Assembly (NCBI GenBank): GCA_016187125.1
Contig: JACPKF010000001.1
Location: 102,931 to 166,930, forward strand
Direction of reading: 5' to 3'
Source of the DNA: Candidatus Saccharimonadota bacterium
GTDB taxonomy: Bacteria > Patescibacteriota > Saccharimonadia > Saccharimonadales > UBA10212
DNA length: 64,000 nt
Position numbers and translations under genes: made by a program
Shown: one piece after another, positions 51,470 through 59,995 of the stretch
How the letters are laid out: each line of letters starts with the position of its first letter
How positions within the stretch are numbered: the stretch's first letter is position 1
Notes under the pieces: model-generated
The model's database searches: none
Told to the model about the DNA's origin: nothing
Seen by the model: the letters and a program-made list of their open reading frames with translations, nothing else

Positions 51470-52918
51470 TTAGCCCATTGACATGGCTTCCTTAGCATCG
51501 ACCTTGTGGTTTTTAACCACCAATAAGGCTACGACAAACGCTGCTAAAGCTAAGCCGATGCCAACGTGCAAACCGTTGCGATAGCCATGCACCTGGGCTG
51601 TTGCATAATCAATATGGGCCGCCGTGTGGTTCCTGACAGATGAAAAAGCTACCGCCGAAAGTATTCCAAGGCCAATGGCTCCACCGATTTGTTGGGAAGT
51701 GTTTAAAATCCCGGACGCCAGCCCAGAAAAATGTTTGGGGATCCCCGAAGTAGCCGCCAAGGTGCCGGAAACAAAAGTCAGACCCATGCCCGAGGCAGCA
51801 ATCGCCAGACCCGGAAAAACGTTATGCCAGTAGTCGCCGCCAACCTTCATGGTCAGACTAATAACCAACAAGCCGATCGACAGAACCAGCGGCCCTAAAA
51901 CCAGCGGCGGTTTATAGCCAATCTTGCCGACCAAACTAGCGACAATCCCCGAGATTGTAGCTACCAAGAAAGTCACCGGCAAAAAGGACACGCCGGATTT
52001 AACTGGTGAAAAGCCGAGAACTTGTTGGACATAGAGCGTCAGAAAGAAAAACATTGAGAACATCGTACATGAGATGACCAGAAAAGCTAGATTAGCACCC
52101 AGAACATTACGAATTTTGAAGATTTCGAGGGGCATCAGCGGTTGCCCAACGCGTTTTTCATTAAACAAGAAGGCAACTAACAACGCGACTCCGGCGGCGA
52201 CAAAACTCCAGACTTCGGTCGAACCCCAAGAAAGCACCGGCGCCTTGGATACTCCGTAGACCAAGGCCATCAGACCGCCGGTTGCCAGTATCGCCCCCGG
52301 CAAGTCCAGCTTGATTTTGTGATCTTCTTCGCCAATGTGATGCGGCAATAGACGCATGGCGGCCAAAACTACAAATAGGCCGACTGGTGCGTTGATAAAG
52401 AAGTTCCAACGCCAACTGAAGTATTGAGTCAGCACGCCGCCTATTAATAACCCAGTGGCCGCCCCGCCAGCCGCCACCGCCGCCCAGACACCCATAGCCC
52501 TGTTACGTTCTTTACCTTCTTGAAATTCAGTTAAGACGATCGACAAGGCCGCCGGCGACATAATAGCCGCTGCTAGACCCTGTACCGCCCGTGTAACAAT
52601 TAACGCAGTGTCAGATTGCGCCAAGCCGCAGGCCAGCGAAGCAAGCGAAAAAGCCGCTATCGCGCCAATAAAAATTTTGCGGCGACCGTAAAGATCGGCC
52701 GCCCGGCCGCCGAGCAATAAAAAACCGCCAAAAGTCAGAGTGTAGGCCGTGATTACCCACTGTAAGTTGTTGGCAGCAAAGTGTAGTTCGCGTGATATGG
52801 ACGGCAGCGCGACATTAACGATTGTGACGTCCAAAACTACCATAAACTGGGCCAGCGCTAGCAGGGCTAGTATCACCCATTTATTTTCGGCATGGCGCGA
52901 CAATTTTTTACTGGGCAT
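51470..52918 (-). CDS. MFS transporter, DHA2 (EmrB/QacA-like, 14-TMS) family
   Basis: 14 hydrophobic segments. Motif A-like GGRAADLYGRRK. 482 aa. Confidence 0.85.
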   Translation of the reverse strand: MPSKKLSRHAENKWVILALLALAQFMVVLDVTIVNVALPSISRELHFAANNLQWVITAYTLTFGGFLLLGGRAADLYGRRKIFIGAIAAFSLASLACGLAQSDTALIVTRAVQGLAAAIMSPAALSIVLTEFQEGKERNRAMGVWAAVAAGGAATGLLIGGVLTQYFSWRWNFFINAPVGLFVVLAAMRLLPHHIGEEDHKIKLDLPGAILATGGLMALVYGVSKAPVLSWGSTEVWSFVAAGVALLVAFLFNEKRVGQPLMPLEIFKIRNVLGANLAFLVISCTMFSMFFFLTLYVQQVLGFSPVKSGVSFLPVTFLVATISGIVASLVGKIGYKPPLVLGPLVLSIGLLVISLTMKVGGDYWHNVFPGLAIAASGMGLTFVSGTLAATSGIPKHFSGLASGILNTSQQIGGAIGLGILSAVAFSSVRNHTAAHIDYATAQVHGYRNGLHVGIGLALAAFVVALLVVKNHKVDAKEAMSMG

Positions 52919-53026
52919 TTGACCCTCCTAATTTTTTTGAATATTGTTCCCATTATAGTGAAGCCCCTGGCTTTACCAAAATCTTCCTTAGTTGCTGGCA
53001 GGTAACAGCGGTTTAAGCTAAACTCT

Positions 53027-54226
53027 ATGGTTAGAATGGGCCAGCAAAAAAAGCAGGTTTTAATTTTAGGCGGTGGTTTCGGCGGTATAAAAACCGCCCT
53101 GGAACTAGAGAGCAATGCTTCTTTTGAAGTTAGGCTACTGTCTGATCAAGATAGCTTTCGTTATTATCCTACCCTTTACCGGGCAGCTGTTGGCGGCAGT
53201 CCGCTAGCCTCGGCAATTCCTTTGAGCGAAATATTTAAGGGCAAGAGGGTCAACCTCATTAAGGACACTGTCAAGCAATTAGACCGTGATTCAAACACCG
53301 TTTTTGCTGCTTCGGGAAAAAGCTATAACTACGATGTTCTAATTGTTGCGCTTGGGGTAGTTACAAATTTTTACGGTATCAAAGGGCTCAAACACTACGC
53401 CTATGGAATCAAAACTCTGGAAGAAGCCAAAAGGCTGCATGATCACCTCCATCAACAACTCATGCAAGACTCTAAAAGTGACGTCCACTACGTAGTTATT
53501 GGTGGGGGGCCGACAGGCGTAGAACTGGCCGGCGTTTTGCCTAGCTATATAGAGCACATTCTGAAGTGTCACGGCCTGTCAGTTAAAAACTATCACGTTG
53601 ATTTAGTCGAAGCCGCCCACCGGCCATTGCCCCAGATGTCAAAGACATACTCTAAAGCCGTGGCCAGGCGTCTTCGTAGACTAGGAGTCAGACTTTATTT
53701 GGGCCAAGCTGTCGAAGCTGCCTCGGCTGATCATTTAACACTTAACGGACATGATATTAAAAGCCACACTATCGTTTGGACAGCTGGAGTTACCAGCCAT
53801 CCTTTCTTAGAAGACAATGGCTTTAGACTAGGCCATAGTGGCAAAGCGGCGGTCAATAATTTCTTACAAGCCCAAGACAATATTTACGTCATCGGCGATA
53901 ACGCTGAGACGCCGTATTCCGGGATGGCCCAAACCGCGCTCCACGACGCTAGCTATGTGGCTAGTAATTTAAAGCGTCTCACCCGAGGTAAAAAACCTAA
54001 GTCCTATGTATCCAAGAAGCCCGTCTATGTCATACCGGCGGGACCTAACTGGGCAGCCGTTGCTTGGGGCGGTATACATATATACGGTTGGCTAGGTTGG
54101 TGGTTGCGCCGGGCTGCTGATTTTATTGCTTACCACGACGTCGAACCATGGTGGCAAGCTACCGAACACTGGTTGGAATCAGTCCGAAGTCAGGAAACTT
54201 GCCCCATCTGTTCAGTTAAAAAATAA
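53027..54226 (+). CDS. ndh: Type II NADH dehydrogenase (NDH-2)
   Basis: Two dinucleotide-binding motifs (VLILGGGFGG and VVIGGGPTGVELAG) and GDNA near the C-terminus. Confidence 0.85.
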   Translation: MVRMGQQKKQVLILGGGFGGIKTALELESNASFEVRLLSDQDSFRYYPTLYRAAVGGSPLASAIPLSEIFKGKRVNLIKDTVKQLDRDSNTVFAASGKSYNYDVLIVALGVVTNFYGIKGLKHYAYGIKTLEEAKRLHDHLHQQLMQDSKSDVHYVVIGGGPTGVELAGVLPSYIEHILKCHGLSVKNYHVDLVEAAHRPLPQMSKTYSKAVARRLRRLGVRLYLGQAVEAASADHLTLNGHDIKSHTIVWTAGVTSHPFLEDNGFRLGHSGKAAVNNFLQAQDNIYVIGDNAETPYSGMAQTALHDASYVASNLKRLTRGKKPKSYVSKKPVYVIPAGPNWAAVAWGGIHIYGWLGWWLRRAADFIAYHDVEPWWQATEHWLESVRSQETCPICSVKK

Positions 54227-54234
54227 GAATTTTT

Positions 54235-55338
54235 TTAGGGAACAATTTGTTCCCACGGCAGGCCGGCTTTACCAAAATGGCCATAGGTCGCGGTTTGAAG
54301 ATAGATTGGCCGGCGCAAATCTAGCTTGGCAATGATCCCACTAACCGACAGATCTATTAGACTACTTGCAAAGTCGGCAATCGCTTTGTCGCCTTGCTTG
54401 GCTGTGCCGAAGGTATTAATATCCAGCATCACCGGTTTTTTACCGCCGATATAGTAGGCTAGTCCGACTTCGGCTTGCTCGGCCAGTCCATGGGCCACGA
54501 TGTTTTTAGCTACGAAACGAGCCGCGTAAGCGCCACTGCGATCAACTTTAGAGGCGTCTTTTCCGGAAAAGCAGCCGCCGCCCACCCGCGCATAACCGCC
54601 ATAAGTATCAACGGCGATTTTGCGTCCAGTTAAGCCGGCATCGCTGGTTGGTCCGGGCATGTGCCAAACGCCTGTGCCGTTAAGCACCAATTTATCAGGC
54701 GTAATTTGATAACCGAACTCACCCAGGACCGGCGAGACAATTTTTTTGTAAACATCATCTTTAACCTGCGTCAGTTGAACAGACTCATCGTGAGGTACGG
54801 CGATCGTTAAATGCTCAACACTTACCGGTTGGGAATTTTCATAGCCGACCACCACTTGAGCTTTACCATCCGGTCTCAGATAAGGTAGATTGCCACTTTC
54901 ACGGGCTAGGTCAAGGTTACGAGTTAGGCTGTGGCTAAGCATGATTGGTAGGGGCATTAATTGTTTTGTCTGATTGCAGGCGAAACCGAACATCAATCCT
55001 TGATCGCCTGCCCCCTCGGCATCAACCGCTAGAGCAATCTCCGGAGATTGGTCATGAATATAAACGTCAACCGGAGAAGCGTCACTGAAATTCCAAGCTG
55101 GATTGGTGTATCCCAGCCGACGGATTTGTTCACGGGCAATCCCGGGAAAATCCAGTTGAGCGTTGGTCTTAACCTCTCCAGCCAAAATCAGACGGTTGTG
55201 TGTGGCAATCGTCTCCAGCGCCAGACGCGATACAGGGTCTTGTTTTAAGGCCGCGTCCAAAATAGCGTCGCTAATTTGGTCGCAGATTTTATCTGGATGA
55301 CCGGCGCAGACTGATTCTGAGGCAAAGTAATGATTCAT
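54235..55338 (-). CDS. metK: S-adenosylmethionine synthetase
   Basis: SESVCAGHPDKICDQISDAILD, GAGDQGLMFGFA, GGGCFSGKD, GRKIAVDTYGG. Confidence 0.96.
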   Translation of the reverse strand: MNHYFASESVCAGHPDKICDQISDAILDAALKQDPVSRLALETIATHNRLILAGEVKTNAQLDFPGIAREQIRRLGYTNPAWNFSDASPVDVYIHDQSPEIALAVDAEGAGDQGLMFGFACNQTKQLMPLPIMLSHSLTRNLDLARESGNLPYLRPDGKAQVVVGYENSQPVSVEHLTIAVPHDESVQLTQVKDDVYKKIVSPVLGEFGYQITPDKLVLNGTGVWHMPGPTSDAGLTGRKIAVDTYGGYARVGGGCFSGKDASKVDRSGAYAARFVAKNIVAHGLAEQAEVGLAYYIGGKKPVMLDINTFGTAKQGDKAIADFASSLIDLSVSGIIAKLDLRRPIYLQTATYGHFGKAGLPWEQIVP

Positions 55339-55512
55339 AAATATCTTTCCTTCTGGTTGGAGTTAGCACCTTTCGAGTTAGTAGTTGGTAGTTCGCAGTT
55401 GGTAGTTTGGGTTTTTTTATCTACTAACTACAATCTACAACCTACTAAACGGGGTTGCTGAGCGGTTTCAAACGAGCCAATTCTCTCTCCGCTGCTCTTA
55501 ATATTTAATTGT
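55339..55512 (-). promoter_or_regulatory. SAM-I (S-box) class riboswitch in the metK leader, with expanded P3 and minimal P4
   Basis: Minus strand: AAAUAU UAAGAG C AGCGG AGAGAGAAUUGGCUCGUUUGAAA CCGCU CAGCAACC [P3 hairpin, about 85 nt] GAAAGGUGCUAACUCCAACCAGAAGGAAAG AUAUUU AUG. Matches the S-box core (AAGAG, GAGnGA..GGCnC..UGAAACC, GCAACC, GGUGCUAAnUCC, AAAGAU). P1 pairs AAAUAU with AUAUUU and abuts the start codon. Confidence 0.7.
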
Positions 55513-55624
55513 TAAGTCCCATTTAGTATAGCAGTTCTGGACGTGGGGTTTTTTAGAAGCCCAGGGTGCAATTTAATGTTTCACCATTGCCAACAATAGT
55601 TGTTGGCTTAGTGCAATAGAGCTA

Positions 55625-55906
55625 CTAAAAGCTGGCTAAGTCTTGATCAAGTTGAGCGGTGTCGTAATCGCTGTCAAGCACTGTTTGGTCTAGGATTTGT
55701 GCAGCTTTATCAAGATCGCTGGCTGTGCTGAGTGCTGGCGCCAATGGTACGGCCTTGATGGCCGATGCCCCAACAGAAGAACTAACAGCTTCATTTTTTT
55801 GGCCACGTTGGTAAATGTTCCAGCCAGCCAAGACTATTATAGCCAGCACTCCGGCTAAGATAACTACTACAAAAAAAGTGAAGCCTTGCTGGTTAGTCTT
55901 TTTCAT
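55625..55906 (-). CDS. Small membrane-anchored hypothetical protein
   Basis: 93 aa. N-terminal TM helix (FTFFVVVILAGVLAIIVLAGW). 4-nt overlap with the upstream gene. Confidence 0.55.
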   Translation of the reverse strand: MKKTNQQGFTFFVVVILAGVLAIIVLAGWNIYQRGQKNEAVSSSVGASAIKAVPLAPALSTASDLDKAAQILDQTVLDSDYDTAQLDQDLASF

Positions 55907-56637
55907 CTTTGACTTCCTTCTGAAGCAGTGGTGCCTTGAACTGATTTAACTCCGACAATTAAATTTTTGACGGCGCTGCGGTAATCTTTTAGAGCTGAGT
56001 TCATAGTTTTCACCTTAGCTTTAAATTCAGCAGCTACGCCTTTAGGGTTGCTGCCGTCGCACTTGAAGCTAACGCTGCTGGATATAACGGCGTCAACAGC
56101 TGCTTGGGCGACAGTTTTTTGGGCACCAACGGCCGCTACTAGAGCGTCGTAGTTAGTTAAGGTTTTGCCTTTGTTTTTATAGAAAGTTTCGGTGCGCTCG
56201 GCAATTGTGCTGAACAAATCAAGCCGCTCTTGGCCGCGCGTCGCCAGAGTCGACATATTATTGTTGATATGGCTTTCGCGTTCCTGGCAAATTTTGAGCT
56301 TATCATCTTTGAGTTTTTCTTTCTTCTGCTCAAGGTCATTTTTGGCGGCTTCGCGTTTTTTCTCAAGTTCTTGCTTGGCCGCTTCGCGTTTTTTTTCGAC
56401 CTCCTGTTTGGCGGCTTCGCGTTTTGCTTCGGCTTCTTTTTTAGCCGCCTCTTTGCTTGACTCGCTGGTGCTGAAGTTTGAACTATCAGAACTGCTATTT
56501 TCAGCCAGTGCCGGCACAGCCGCTAATATCAAAGAGCCAAAAAGGACAGCAACGGCAGTCTGAAAGGCTAACTTTAGCTTTAGTTTTGACATTGATTTTC
56601 TGTCACTCATTTTAAGCTTATGCTTATTCCAAGTCAA
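55903..56637 (-). CDS. Secreted hypothetical protein with tandem KREAAKQE repeats
   Basis: Signal/TM segment (AVAVLFGSLILAAVPALA). Three 33-bp DNA repeats at 56342-56440 encode E(A/V/L)(E/K)KKREAAK(Q/N)(E/D)(V/L). Helical C-terminal domain with two Cys. Confidence 0.6.
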   Translation of the reverse strand: MTWNKHKLKMSDRKSMSKLKLKLAFQTAVAVLFGSLILAAVPALAENSSSDSSNFSTSESSKEAAKKEAEAKREAAKQEVEKKREAAKQELEKKREAAKNDLEQKKEKLKDDKLKICQERESHINNNMSTLATRGQERLDLFSTIAERTETFYKNKGKTLTNYDALVAAVGAQKTVAQAAVDAVISSSVSFKCDGSNPKGVAAEFKAKVKTMNSALKDYRSAVKNLIVGVKSVQGTTASEGSQR

Positions 56638-56639
56638 TC

Positions 56640-58049
56640 TTAGTCATTTTTAAAAAAATCTACATCTTTCAGTTCTGGCGGCAAGAAGCCTTCCTTATGC
56701 TTAAAACCAGCTTGCATCTTGTAGTTTTCGCCGTAGCCGAGGTCTTTCATCAGTTTAGTCGGGGCATTGCGCAGATGCAGCGGTACTGGCAGATCAGGGT
56801 GCTGTTGGGCAGCTGATAAAGCTTGATTCATAGCATTAGTAACTTCCCGGGACTTGGGTGCCTTAGCAAGTACAGTGGCGCAGTGAAACAGATTGTATTG
56901 GCATTCCGGCATGCCGATCCGTTCGACTGCGGCAAAGGTGGAAACTGCCAAATTGAGCGCCGCCGGCGCCGCCAGGCCGATGTCTTCGCTGGCGAAAACT
57001 ACCATTCGCCGGGCGATAAACTTCGGGTCTTCGCCAGCTTGCAGCATGCGAGCCATATAATAAAGAGTAGCTGTGGGTTGGCCACCGCGCATCGATTTTA
57101 TAAAAGCACTGATGATGTTGTAATGATTCTCGCCGGCTTTATCGTAGCCTGGCACACGGGCTTGGGCGGCTACTTCGATAATTTTAGGAGTGATTTTGGT
57201 CTTGGTCAGTCCCGACGATCCAGTCGGGATAAGTTGCATGGCCATTTCTAAAGTATTCAGCGCGATACGACCATCACCGCTCGATAGCTCGGCTAGCAGA
57301 TCAATGCTTTCTTTGGGCAAGCGTTTGACAATCTTCTCGCCCCGAGATGCGCGATTGATAATTTCGATAATCTCAGTTTTGCTCAGTGGCTTTAAAACTA
57401 CCACCCGGCTACGGGATAGTAGTGGGTTAATAATCTCAAAGCTGGGATTTTCAGTGGTAGCGCCAATCAACGTAACCAGCCCGGATTCGACATGCGGCAA
57501 GAAAGCATCTTGTTGAGCTTTATTAAAACGATGAATTTCATCAACAAAAAGCACCGTGGCACGCGCCGTGCCGTCCGGCTTTCCGGCAGAGCCGGAAATT
57601 CTGACAGCACTTTTGGCGCGCTGCGGTGTCAGCGGCTCCAGTGCACCTTCACTGTATTCTTGATACAGCTCAGTTTGCGCTTCGCCGCTTCCTTGCACCG
57701 CATCCAAACGCGAGCCCCGTGCGTTCTTTTTTGCTCGCTCAACGACTTTAGTGACATCGGCCTTGCCGGCCGCCACCGCAGATATCTCTACAAAATCGGC
57801 TTTCATTTCTTTGGCGATAATCCGGGCCAGAGTTGTTTTGCCACTACCTGGTGGACCCCAAAAAATCAAGCTAAATGGCTTGCCAGCTTTAACTAGTTCA
57901 GTTAAGAGTTTACCCTGCCCAACCACATGGGCCTGCCCAACTACTCCGTCTAAAGTACGGGGCCGCATCCGCTCCGCTAAAGGCTGCTCAATCACCTTAC
58001 TATTATATGCCTCACTAAGCTTGGAGACGATTAAAACGGCTAACCGCAA
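56640..58049 (-). CDS. rarA: Replication-associated recombination protein RarA/MgsA (AAA+), with insertion of about 50 aa
   Basis: PLAERMRPRTLD, GPPGSGKTT, LFVDEIHRFNKAQQDAFLPHVE, GATTENPSF, MgsA C-terminal domain. The start is more likely the GTG at 57995 (downstream of the permease stop at 58015). Confidence 0.92.
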   Translation of the reverse strand: MRLAVLIVSKLSEAYNSKVIEQPLAERMRPRTLDGVVGQAHVVGQGKLLTELVKAGKPFSLIFWGPPGSGKTTLARIIAKEMKADFVEISAVAAGKADVTKVVERAKKNARGSRLDAVQGSGEAQTELYQEYSEGALEPLTPQRAKSAVRISGSAGKPDGTARATVLFVDEIHRFNKAQQDAFLPHVESGLVTLIGATTENPSFEIINPLLSRSRVVVLKPLSKTEIIEIINRASRGEKIVKRLPKESIDLLAELSSGDGRIALNTLEMAMQLIPTGSSGLTKTKITPKIIEVAAQARVPGYDKAGENHYNIISAFIKSMRGGQPTATLYYMARMLQAGEDPKFIARRMVVFASEDIGLAAPAALNLAVSTFAAVERIGMPECQYNLFHCATVLAKAPKSREVTNAMNQALSAAQQHPDLPVPLHLRNAPTKLMKDLGYGENYKMQAGFKHKEGFLPPELKDVDFFKND

Positions 58050-58761
58050 AACCTATGCAAACGGTCAAGGTCGCCGATACAACAATCAAGTCTTTGCCAA
58101 TACCGAAGTGCGATTGGGTAATCAAGCTATAACGGAGTCCATCAACGGCATAACTCAAGGGATTGACAGATGCCAGCAGTTGCAGCAAATGCGGCGCGTG
58201 CGTTAAAGGATAGAGTGCGCTAGATAGGAAAAATAGTGGAAAAATCAAAAAATTATTAATGGCCTGAAAACCTTGAAAATCCTCAACCATACTAGCCAAG
58301 CCGGCCCCAAAGCTGGTCAGCGCCAGACTCAGCATAACCATCAGCAGTAAGGCTAGCGGCAACATTGACAAGTTATCTGGTCGAAAACCGAAAAAATAAG
58401 CTATGATCAGCACGAAAAAACCCTGGAGCAGAGCGATGGTCGCGCCGCCTAGGGCGTTCCCCAATAAAATCCTCAGCCGTGAAACCGGCGCTACCAACAT
58501 CTCTTTCAAAAAGCCAAAGCGTTTATCAAATAGAATCTGCATCCCCCAAAAAACCCCCGAAAAAAGAATCGTTTGGACAATTACTCCGGGGACTAGAAAA
58601 TGCAGATAATTACCCTCGCCAGCTCTTTGGTAAACCGAGCCCAGACCATAGCCCAGCGCCAGCAAAAATAAAATCGGCTGGCCAATCGCCCCGACAATCC
58701 GCGACCGTGTTCGTATATAACGTTTCATTTGCCGCCACCAGAGTATATAAATTTCGGCCAT
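58015..58761 (-). CDS. ABC-2 type transporter permease
   Basis: Six TM segments and an ABC-2 membrane pattern. The ATG at 58761 has GGAGG 8 nt upstream, so it is preferred over 58791. Confidence 0.85.
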   Translation of the reverse strand: MAEIYILWWRQMKRYIRTRSRIVGAIGQPILFLLALGYGLGSVYQRAGEGNYLHFLVPGVIVQTILFSGVFWGMQILFDKRFGFLKEMLVAPVSRLRILLGNALGGATIALLQGFFVLIIAYFFGFRPDNLSMLPLALLLMVMLSLALTSFGAGLASMVEDFQGFQAINNFLIFPLFFLSSALYPLTHAPHLLQLLASVNPLSYAVDGLRYSLITQSHFGIGKDLIVVSATLTVCIGFAVSRFNRLQA

Positions 58762-58785
58762 CAGGCGGCCTCCGGCCGCAACAAT

Positions 58786-58888
58786 AAACAATCAGCAGAA
58801 AACAATAAACAATTGAGGCTAAAATACTTATTGCTTTTTGCCTGTCCGACGTAGCCTTGGCGAAGGCGGGCTTTTTGCTTTTTGCTCA
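58786..58888. repeat. Short-period low-complexity spacer between the ABC ATPase and permease genes
   Basis: caataaacaatcagcagaaaacaataaacaatt ... cttattgctttttgcc ... ctttttgctttttgc. Shares a 15-mer with the tkt spacer. Confidence 0.6.
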
Positions 58889-59716
58889 TTACCTGAGCCT
58901 CTGGTTTAACATAGCGCCACGTACATTAAGTCCATTATTATCCTCGCTAACCTCATCCCGCGTTCCCTCGCCAGTCAGTTTTAAGTAGGCCTGCTCTAGA
59001 TTCTTGGTGCTAGTCAGGTCAGTTAGCTGCTTGGAGGTGCCGGTGGCGATGATTTTACCGTGGTCAATAATAGCAATCCGCTGCGCCACCTGCTCGGCCT
59101 CGTCCAGGTAATGAGTTGTAAAAAAGATTGTCATCCCCTCATTCTTGCTCAACTTGCGCACATAAGCCCACAGAATATTGCGAGTCTGAGTGTCTAGTCC
59201 GAGCGTTGGCTCGTCTAAAAACAAAATTTTTGGGTGATGTAGCAGGCCACGGGCAATCTCTAGACGCCGGCGCATTCCGCCAGAGAAAGTTCTGACTAAC
59301 GAATCCCGGCGTTCCCAAAGTTCTACAAGCTCCAGTAATTGTTTAATTCTGGGTTTTTGCTCTACTTTAGGCACGCCATAAAGTACAGCGTGAAAAAGCA
59401 TATTCTCGTAAGCTGTCAGTTCTTCTTCCACCGCCGGGTCTTGGAAAACTATGCCAAAAGATTTACGAGCATAAGCTTGTTCTTTAACTACATCGTGGCC
59501 GTTTAAAAATAGCTGGCCGCTGGAGGGCCGCAGCATAGTAGTTAGCATTTTGATAGTGGTACTTTTACCAGCACCATTCGGGCCCAGGAATGCAAAAATT
59601 TCGCCTGGCTTAACCTCAAAACTAACACCGTCTACAGCTTTAATGCTACCGAATGTTTTAACAACATCCCGCGCCACTACTGCATATTTAGAGCTCATCA
59701 GTTGCGTATTATACAA
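58889..59716 (-). CDS. ABC transporter ATP-binding protein (DrrA/ABC-2 type)
   Basis: Walker A GPNGAGKST, signature FSGGMRRRL, Walker B ILFLDEPT. Confidence 0.93.
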   Translation of the reverse strand: MYNTQLMSSKYAVVARDVVKTFGSIKAVDGVSFEVKPGEIFAFLGPNGAGKSTTIKMLTTMLRPSSGQLFLNGHDVVKEQAYARKSFGIVFQDPAVEEELTAYENMLFHAVLYGVPKVEQKPRIKQLLELVELWERRDSLVRTFSGGMRRRLEIARGLLHHPKILFLDEPTLGLDTQTRNILWAYVRKLSKNEGMTIFFTTHYLDEAEQVAQRIAIIDHGKIIATGTSKQLTDLTSTKNLEQAYLKLTGEGTRDEVSEDNNGLNVRGAMLNQRLR

Positions 59717-59751
59717 GAGTGGGTCACCTCGATGCTCATCTTTTGCACTTC

Positions 59752-59988
59752 TTATCGCTTTGATTTTCGGCTTAGGCCTAATTTAACAAGCTCAATTACG
59801 AGCCATATACAGCCGAAAATAGAAATTGGCATTCCAACGAGTGCTATCAGTCCGGCACCAATATTAGCGTCGCGTTTAGCTGGGTCGGGGTTGTAGTATC
59901 CTGTTTGATTAGCCCACATGCTTGCAAAAACATATATTGCCGCACCAATAAGTATCGTAAGCATAGGTAATGTCAGCTTCTTTTTCAT
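59752..59988 (-). CDS. Small two-TM membrane protein
   Basis: 78 aa with two hydrophobic helices and a basic C-terminus. Tightly packed between zwf and the ABC ATPase gene. Confidence 0.5.
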   Translation of the reverse strand: MKKKLTLPMLTILIGAAIYVFASMWANQTGYYNPDPAKRDANIGAGLIALVGMPISIFGCIWLVIELVKLGLSRKSKR

Positions 59989-59995
59989 AGCTTAA

